Source of the DNA: Octopus sinensis
Lineage: Eukaryota
DNA length: 29,022 nt
Assembly: GCF_006345805.1 (NCBI RefSeq)
Contig: NW_021833179.1
Span: forward strand, 1-29,022
Direction: 5' to 3'
Shown one piece after another: positions 22,079 through 29,022 of this stretch (its first letter is position 1; each line of letters begins with the position of its first letter). Position numbers and translations under genes: made by a program. The notes beneath the pieces are model-generated. The model did not search any database. It had not been told where the DNA came from and saw only the letters and a list, made by a program, of their open reading frames with translations.

Positions 22079-23137
22079 GTGCACTACAAGATAGGACCCC
22101 TCATCCAAAAGGACGGCTCCCTCATAGACAGTTCAACTAAGATCAGTGAGATGCTGAATAACCAGTTCAAAAGTGTCTTTACCATCCGGTTGGAACACAG
22201 ACAAGTGAATGAACCAGTGGACTTCTTTGCCGCCTCAACTATAACCAGCGAGGCGGTTACAATAGAATGTATTGATATTAGCGAAAAAGATGTTCTACTA
22301 GCCATAGATGAAGTGGACACAAACTCAGCTGCTGGTCCAGATGGTTTCCCAGCCATCCTCCTCATAGCGTGTAAGCATGCCCTGGCAAAACCCCTCAAGA
22401 TTCTCTTCCAGAGCTTTCTTGCGAATGACAAACTGCCAAGCAAGCTGAAAGAGAGAATAATATGCCCAATACATAAAGGGGGAAGTAGAGCAGATACCCA
22501 AAACTATAGGCCTATCTCTCTGACTTCACACATCAGGAAAGTCATGGAACGGATAGTCAGAAAGAAACTAATCGCATTCCTTGAGGAAAATAACTTGTTG
22601 AGTGATACCCAGCATGGTTATCGACCAGTTAGGAGCTGCCTGACCCAGCTCTTACAATATTATGACTGGGTGTTGAGGCAGTTACTCAACAAATCAAATG
22701 TGGACGTAATCTACCTTGATTTTGCAAAAGCTTTTGACAAGGTGGATAATGGTTTGATATGCCACAAACTGCGTGACCTCGACATAGCTGGAAAACTTGG
22801 AGTGTGGTTACATGACTTCCTGAAAGATAGGAGTCAGGCAGTAGTGTTTAATGGAGCCACCTCTATGAACACACAAATAGTGCGCGGTGTTCCACAGGGC
22901 ACTGTCTTGGGACCACTGCTTTTTATAGTGGCCCTCTCAGATATGCCCTCAAATGCCCGGATAGCCACTCTGGCCAGCTATGCAGACGACACGAAAGTCT
23001 CGCGGAAAATACAGAACCCCAGCGATGTTGCACACCTGCAGCAGGAGTTGGACTCAATCTACAGATGGGCTGAGGATAATAATATACAGTTTAATGCTGA
23101 AAAATTCCAGGCCCTGCGCTACCAGCATCCAAACTGA
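22079..23137 (+). pseudogene. Reverse transcriptase domain of copy D (352 aa open)
   Basis: GPDGFP, NYRPISLTS, YLDFAKAFDKV, GVPQGTVLGP and SYADDT are intact; flanked by frameshifts. Confidence 0.9.
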
Positions 23138-23281
23138 ATATTAAACTTACAGGATACACCGGTCTACAGGGAATTTCAATCCCAGAGCCTAAGTCTGTGA
23201 GGGACCTGGGTATCGACATGAGTGATGATACCTCTTTCCAAGTGCACATTACCAGGATGGCGACAAAGTGCAGACGACTGG

Positions 23282-23303
23282 CTAACCCTAACCCTAACCC
23301 TAA
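23282..23303 (-). repeat. Short interstitial telomeric sequence (TTAGGG)3TTAG inside LINE copy D
   Basis: + strand CTAACCCTAACCCTAACCCTAA. The homologous position in copies C/C' reads GCCGGATGGATTCTCAGA. Confidence 0.8.
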
Positions 23304-23960
23304 GAACATTCAGAACCAGAGATAAGGAAACCATGATGGTCCTCTGGCGGACATTCGTCCTCTGCCGCCTGGATTACTGCTCACAACTATGGTCACCCAC
23401 CAGTGTAAAATTAACAGCGGACCTTGAAGCAATCCAGAGAAGATTCACAAAGAAGATCGTCTCTTTGCAACAGTTCAGCTACTGGGGAAGGTTGAAACAG
23501 CTAAGACTCTACTCCCTGGAGAGAAGACGGGAGAGGTATGCAGTAATATATGTCTGGAAGATCCTGGAAGGAATTGTGTCAAATTTTGGCAATGTAAGCT
23601 ACACCAATGCTAGAACGGGACGACACTGCATAGTGCCAAAGATCCCAGCAATGCCATCACGCTTCAGGACCAGCTTCTGCAACAGCCTGGGTTTCAAGGG
23701 CCCACAGCTTTTTAATATTCTCCCAAAGAGTCTGAGGAACTTGCACAAAGTAGATGTAGCGGTTTTTAAATCAAAGCTGGACATCTTCCTGCCGAGAGTC
23801 CCAGATGAACCTACCTCACGGCAAGAGGTGCAAATGAGAGTAGCAATATGAAACTCCATTCTTCACCAAGTGCCACATATTAGACGAGGTTCTTCACAAT
23901 AACAGTGCAGCATGGCCGCAGCTCTGAGCTGAAACAAGAGAAAAAATATAAATATATAAG

Positions 23961-23992
<32 letters not shown>

Positions 23993-24019
23993 ATATACGT
24001 GTGTGTGCGTGTATGTATG

Positions 24020-24076
<57 letters not shown>

Positions 24077-24100
24077 ATGAATATATATATATATATATAC

Positions 24101-24310
24101 GTTTGTTCGTCTATCCCTCCAACATCGCTTGACAACTGGTGCTGGTGCTTTCACGTCCCCGTAACTTAGCGGTTCTGGAAAAGAGACTGATCGATTAAAT
24201 ACTAGGCCTACAAAGTATAAGTCCTGGGGTTGATTTGCTCGAATAAAGGGCGCTGCTCCACCATGGCCACAGTCAAATAACTGAAAAAATGAAGTGAGTA
24301 AAATAGAAAA
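24101..24310 (+). mobile_element. 5'-truncated SINE (body + tail ending GGCGCTGCTCCACCATGGCCACAGTCAAATAACTGAAA)
   Basis: Tail matches the motif at 14178-14216 and the LINE termini. The body (TTGACAACTGGTGCTGGTG..CGTCCCCGTAACTTAGCGGTTC) is a recurrent octopus SINE segment as I recall it. Confidence 0.75.
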
Positions 24311-24599
24311 TATCGACAAAAGTGTGTATTCTCTTAACTAAATAATCATGAAAGTTTAATATGTAAGTGTGTTTGGTTTTCGCTTGCGGAGGACACACTT
24401 GCATTCGCACAGGAAGAGACAAACATACATATGCAACTTTTCTGCTGCTAACTTAAACGAATAAACATTGACTAGCTTATAATTTACATTTAATTACACC
24501 CCACAACTATATAAATTACTAACAATATCTAGTACTGCCCTTTGGACTTAATCAGGTTTTCATTTTGTTTTAGATAGTATATATGCGCATGTGGGTATC

Positions 24600-24910
<311 letters not shown>

Positions 24911-24914
24911 GTCA

Positions 24915-24992
24915 GGTCACTTTCAAGTGCTACTGGTAACTTGTAACCCAGTACAACCTGTTGCATGGTCGTGTCGTCGGCGACTAAACTGG
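24915..24992 (+). ncRNA. Candidate degenerate HDV-like (nested double pseudoknot) ribozyme
   Basis: P1 GGTCAC/ATGGTC (one C-A mismatch, two GU); P2 CCAGT(24948-52)/ACTGG(24988-92); P3 ACA/TGC (one mismatch); L3 ACCTGT; GT; P4 TCG-tcgg-CGA; J4/2 CTAA(24984-87). The order is correct but L3 is 6 nt rather than 7. Confidence 0.35.
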
Positions 24993-25430
24993 CAACCCAG
25001 CCAAGCTTGCTTGGTGAGGAAGGTGTTTATTGGACACCCTGCGGGATGAAAAAAACAAAACGTCAAAGGGCGGAGGAATTCTTGAGAGTCATCAGCCATC
25101 CAATAAATGTCTTAAGGCTGTATCATGCACCGGAAATAATCGGACTGAATACCCGATCGCGCGGTTAAACCATTGGGAGTGAAGGACTCATAGCCTTTGT
25201 TAGGGCATCTATCTAGGAGAAGGTAACTCAAGTAACTGGGATGACTCTGACATAAAACCTGCGGCTCAGTGGTTACCGATGATGTTGACTTGTTCTTCTT
25301 TTCGGATTATGGCTGCTGTTGCTTAGTGAGTGGGACTGACTCAGTGCACAGCCTTTCCTTACTTTAAAAATAAATCTTCTTGCACAGGCATTGCACGATA
25401 ACAACATTGATTGATTGATTAAATTGATTA
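24915..25430 (+). mobile_element. Non-coding ~510-bp retroelement-like segment with a structured 5' end and an (ATTG)n-like 3' tract (LINE 5' UTR or non-autonomous element)
   Basis: GC-richer island starting right after (TA)n, with several hairpins (e.g. CCAAGC-TT-GCTTGG at 25001-25014). It contains GGGCATCTATCTAGGAGAAGGTAACTC, similar to RTE-type 5' UTR motifs as I recall them, and ends ATTGATTGATTGATT. Confidence 0.5.
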
Positions 25431-25631
25431 ACTAATTCATGATTGTTGATGGCGCTGTGAGTCTCAACTGAATGGCTGGCTGTAGCCTTAAAAAGCAAAA
25501 AATCAATGATGTACTAAAACAGTATAAAAATAAATGGCAGTAAGGACTCTGGAACCACATCAGCTGAAAGAGTTTGGCCCGGCAGGGGCTCCAGAGCATC
25601 ACAGTCTGAACCCGGCCGTCATCATGCTGCT

Positions 25632-26330
25632 GTGATAGAACCAAAGAAAATATTGAATATTGGCTGTTGGAATGTACGGACACTACTTGACCGCAAGTCC
25701 ACTGAATGTCCTGAAAGAAGGACTGCGCTTGTTGCGAAGGAGCTTCAACGCTATGATCTTGACGTCGTTGCTTTATCTGAGACGAGATTACCTGGAAATG
25801 GTCATCTTACAGAATCTTGTGGAAAACATACATTCTTTTGGAAAGGGAAGAATGAAGAGTTTAGAGGAGAAGCTGGAGCGGCATTTGCTGATAAGACTAC
25901 TCTTGTGGACAAGTTGGAAGAATTCCCAGTCGGAATTAACGAGCGTCTTATGTCCATGAGAATTCCTTTGGTTAAAGGAAATTATATGACCTTGGTGAGT
26001 GTGTATGCTCCAACTATGTTCTATACTGATGACGAAAAACTTTCTTTCTACCATGATTTGAAGGGAATTATAAGAAATATCCCACGGGCAGTCATCGTAC
26101 TGGGTGACTTTAATGCTAGAGTGGGTAGGGATTTTAACACATGGACTGTAATTGGAAAGCATGGGGTGGGGAAGCGTAATAGTAATGGCATGCTTTTGCT
26201 GCAGATGTGTGAGGAGCTGCGTCTGTGTGTTACCAATACCATGTTTCAACAAAAGAATAAGCTTAAGACTACATGGATGCACCCTGCATCCAAAGAATGG
26301 CATATTCTTGTTAGAGTGTGTGACAGATAG
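25632..26330 (+). pseudogene. APE endonuclease domain of the RTE LINE
   Basis: 232-aa ORF with canonical RTE EN motifs, ending in a premature stop at 26328-26330. Confidence 0.9.
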
Positions 26331-26762
26331 GATGTGCAGTGTGTTCGTGTTCTTCGTGGAGCTGAGTGTTGGACTGACCACCGCCAAGTACGTGCAAAAG
26401 TGAAATTAGTCACAAAACATAAAATCCGAGCTGCAGGGATTACCCTGCCTAAAAGACTGGATGTTGATCGTCTTAGGTGTAATAGTGTGAAGAGAACTTT
26501 GCGAGAGGAAATGAATGCTGTAGATATTGGGGAGGATTGGCCAACCCTTAAAAAGTCAGTTTATGATATTGGCAAGAAAGTTCTGGGATTGATACAAAGA
26601 AAGCATCAAGATTGGTTTAAAGAAAATGATGAACATATAGATGATTTATTGGCTGATAAAAGACGTACTTTGTCACGCTATTAGTCAGCAAAGCCACAGG
26701 AAAGGGAAGTGTTGCATAGGAACTCAAGGATGTAAAATCACGTCTGAGGCAAAGGCTCTGAG

Positions 26763-27801
26763 ATGAGGGATACGTGGTGGAGTAAGAAGGCTGGTGAGAT
26801 ACAGGCGGTATCATATTCCAATAACACAAAGTTGCTGTATGGTCTCTTGCGAGAAGTTTATGGACCGACGTCTTCCCTGATGACACCAATTCGAAACAGG
26901 GATGGTAAAGAAGTTCTTCATGATTCACAAGGAATTCTGCGAAGGTGGCAAGAACACTTTGATGAACTTTTGAATCAACAGTCTGTAGTTAGTGAGGATG
27001 TTCTCAATCTCTGCCCTGGATTGCCTGTGAAGGCAGCACTCGCAGAACCACGAAAGTTGGAAGACGTTGCAATGGCTGTCTCAATGTTGAATAATGGGAA
27101 GTCTCCGGGTATGGATGGCATACAAGCGGAGTTGTTACAGCATGGTGGTGAGAAACTTCTGCAGAAACTTCACTCTTTGTTTGGTAAGGTATAGACTGGA
27201 GAGATGCTGTAATGGTGGCCCTGTATAAGGGAAAGAGCAACGGGAATGATTGTGGTAATTATAGGGGAGTATCATTGCTGTCTGCTGTAGGAAAGGTTTT
27301 ATGCAAGATACTTCTTGATCGTCTGCTGAAATACATTGCAGATTGTGTTCTTCCAGAAAGTCAATCTGGCTTTCGTGTGGGACGTGCCACTGCTGGTATG
27401 ATCTTTTCAGTTAGACAGCTTCAGGAAAAGTGTGTGGAACAGGGTCTTGATTTGTATCAGGTTTTTATCGATCTGACAAAAGCCTTTGATACCGTCAATA
27501 GAAAAGCATTGTGGAAAGTCCTCCAGAAATTGGGGGTCCTGAAAAGTTCCTTGCTTTGGTTAGGTCTTTTCATGAAGATATGAATGGTAAGGTGAATGCT
27601 AGAGGAGTGAAACTGGGGGATATTCTGGCATTGACCCTATTTTCCATATATTTCGCGATGGTGTTCTGTATTGCATTCAGAAACTGCAGATACGGTGTTT
27701 ACGTCCACTATCGAACCTCTGGCAACATATTTAATATCAGGGGCCTTGCTGCAAAAACAAAGATATTTACCTCTATCATAAAAAAACATTTTTTATGCTG
27801 A
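26763..27801 (+). pseudogene. Linker and reverse transcriptase region of the RTE LINE, frameshifted
   Basis: ORF pieces 26763..27194, 27212..27583 and 27511..27801 carry successive RT motifs. Confidence 0.88.
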
Positions 27802-28280
27802 TGATTGTGAGCTAGTAGCACACACAGAGATTGATATGCAACACATTTTGTATAGAAGCTCTTGTGTTAAAGCAAAGGCTCAGATGGAGTGGTCATCTAG
27901 TCAGAATGAAGGATTCAAGGATGCCAAAACAACTCTTTTATGGAGAGTTAGCTAAAAAAGAACGACCTCCACATAAACCAAAAAAGAGGTATAAGGACTT
28001 GCTGAAGGCTTCCTTAAGAGATGCTTGCATCTCTCCTGACACATAGGAAGGCATAGCTATTGATCGTAGCAGGTGGAGAAAGATTGTGCATGAGGGGACA
28101 GCCACATTTCAGAAATCTCGCGTTGCACATGAGAAAGTAAGGAGGGATGTCAGGAAGGGCATCGCTGGTACACTTCCAGAAGGGAAGGGTCTTCCTTTGA
28201 TTCTGACATGCGATGTCTGTGCAAGACCCTGCCTCAGTAAAGCTGGATTCATGAGTCATCTTCGTAGTCATAAAACGATG

Positions 28281-28318
28281 CATGTATGTATATCTACGTA
28301 TATATGTGTGTATGTATT

Positions 28319-28349
<31 letters not shown>

Positions 28350-28685
28350 GTGTCTGTAAGTATATATATATGTGATTGCATATATGTATGTATATATATA
28401 TGTATGTATGTATGCATGCATGTATGTATGTATGCATGTATGTATGCATGTATGTAGGTATGTTTGCATGCATATATGTATATGTATGCGTGTATGTATG
28501 CATGTATGTATGTATGCAAGCATGCATGTATGTATGTATATATGTGTGTGTATGTATATATGTATAAAAGTATGTATGAATATACGCAAGCATTGATGAA
28601 TATTTGCAAGTGCATTCATATCTGATTGTGTATATGTATTAAGGGTGTGTGTATGTATGTGTGTGTGTGTGTGTGTGTGCATGCG
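28281..28685. repeat. (TATG)n/(TA)n/(TG)n compound microsatellite
   Basis: Direct reading; begins where the RTE homology ends. Confidence 0.95.
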
Positions 28686-28799
28686 TCCCTGAGATATTTT
28701 GTGTGTTTGCTTGTCCTCTGATCGCAACCTGACACGTTGTTACTTTGTTTATGTCACTATAAAGCAACGTTTAGCGTTACAGGTCGGAAGCATAAGAAC

Positions 28800-28900
28800 A
28801 GATTACAAGTAAATAAATAAATATATAGGTGCAGTTAAAACGACGAAAATTCTTCAAGGCGGAGCCCCAGCATGGCCACAATCCAATGAATGAAAGAAAT
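28800..28900 (+). mobile_element. Decayed SINE 3' tail fragment
   Basis: TTCTTCAAGGCGGAGCCCCAGCATGGCCACAATCCAATGAATGAAA, the same tail motif as at 14178-14216 and 24249-24286. Confidence 0.65.
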
Positions 28901-29022
28901 CCAAGGTAACTAAGGAGATTCTAGTCGCCGGGACCTTGCCTATGTAACCTATCGAGTTCAAACTTTCTGGTCACAGGCTTCTGATCACTGTAGTTAACAT
29001 AGTGAAATTGTGCACGCACAAA

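Larger units (their letters stand above)
21249..23945 (+). mobile_element. CR1-group LINE, copy D (sister subfamily to A/B/C): starts mid-endonuclease, has RT, C-terminus and a 3' hairpin terminus
   Basis: TYCPP..GDFN (in 20920..21417), 21414..22094 (SDH), RT 22079..23137 and C-terminus 23222..23851 (LYSLERRRERY). Ends CAGCATGGCCGCAGCTCTGAGCTGAAAC. Confidence 0.93.
25440..28280 (+). mobile_element. RTE-clade (BovB-like) LINE, near full span but decayed, with an internal deletion near 27850
   Basis: EN: IGCWNVRTL, ALSETR, VYAPT, LGDFNARVG, WTDH. RT: GKSPGMDGI, GNYRGVSLLS, ESQSGFR, FIDLTKAFDTV, (Y)ADD. Then RLRWSGHLVRM and a C-terminal zinc finger CDVCARPCLSKAGFMSHLRSH. The 5' boundary is uncertain. 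Confidence 0.92.

Noticed and set aside
25075-25097. CTGATGA on the minus strand (also CTGAAGA at ~8155-8161 minus and CTGAGGA at ~8800 plus)
   Set aside because: None is followed by a hairpin plus GAAA, so they are not hammerheads.
25546-25596. 7-bp stem CTCTGGA/TCCAGAG upstream of the RTE ORF, considered as a second ribozyme
   Set aside because: I could not find the remaining pseudoknot elements or a C-N-A-A linker in the correct order.
25788-26387. Antisense or alternative-frame ORFs over LINEs (e.g. 25788..26387 -, 1167..1475 +, 21582..21919 -, 22084..22443 -)
   Set aside because: They are shadow ORFs of retrotransposon coding sequence with no independent protein motifs.

Overview
AT-rich eukaryotic non-genic (intergenic or intronic) DNA made almost entirely of retroelement debris and microsatellites. 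The repeat families resemble those of octopus/coleoid cephalopods; this is recognition from memory, not a database result. I could not support any host protein-coding exon. Contents: (1) five pieces of one CR1-group LINE lineage (APE endonuclease + RT), several in inverted orientation to each other, plus a more divergent relative; (2) a decayed RTE-BovB-like LINE; (3) a probable R4/Dong 3' remnant; (4) several tRNA-derived SINEs; (5) long (TA)n, (TATG)n and (ATT)n tracts, which generate most of the spurious I/Y-rich ORFs. The most interesting signals are non-coding RNA structures. A ~355-bp near-perfect palindrome centred on 17649 carries a complete minimal type I hammerhead ribozyme in each arm, pointing outward. 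A second, older palindrome (4651-5229) has the same architecture with a degenerate hammerhead-like core. Both look like 5'-inverted, truncated Penelope-like insertions. A candidate degenerate HDV-like ribozyme sits at the 5' edge of a ~510-bp element (24915-25430). A 3' stem-loop motif is shared by two LINEs and three SINE copies. A (TTAGGG)3 telomeric insertion frameshifts one LINE. All identities are by-eye estimates unless mismatches are counted explicitly.
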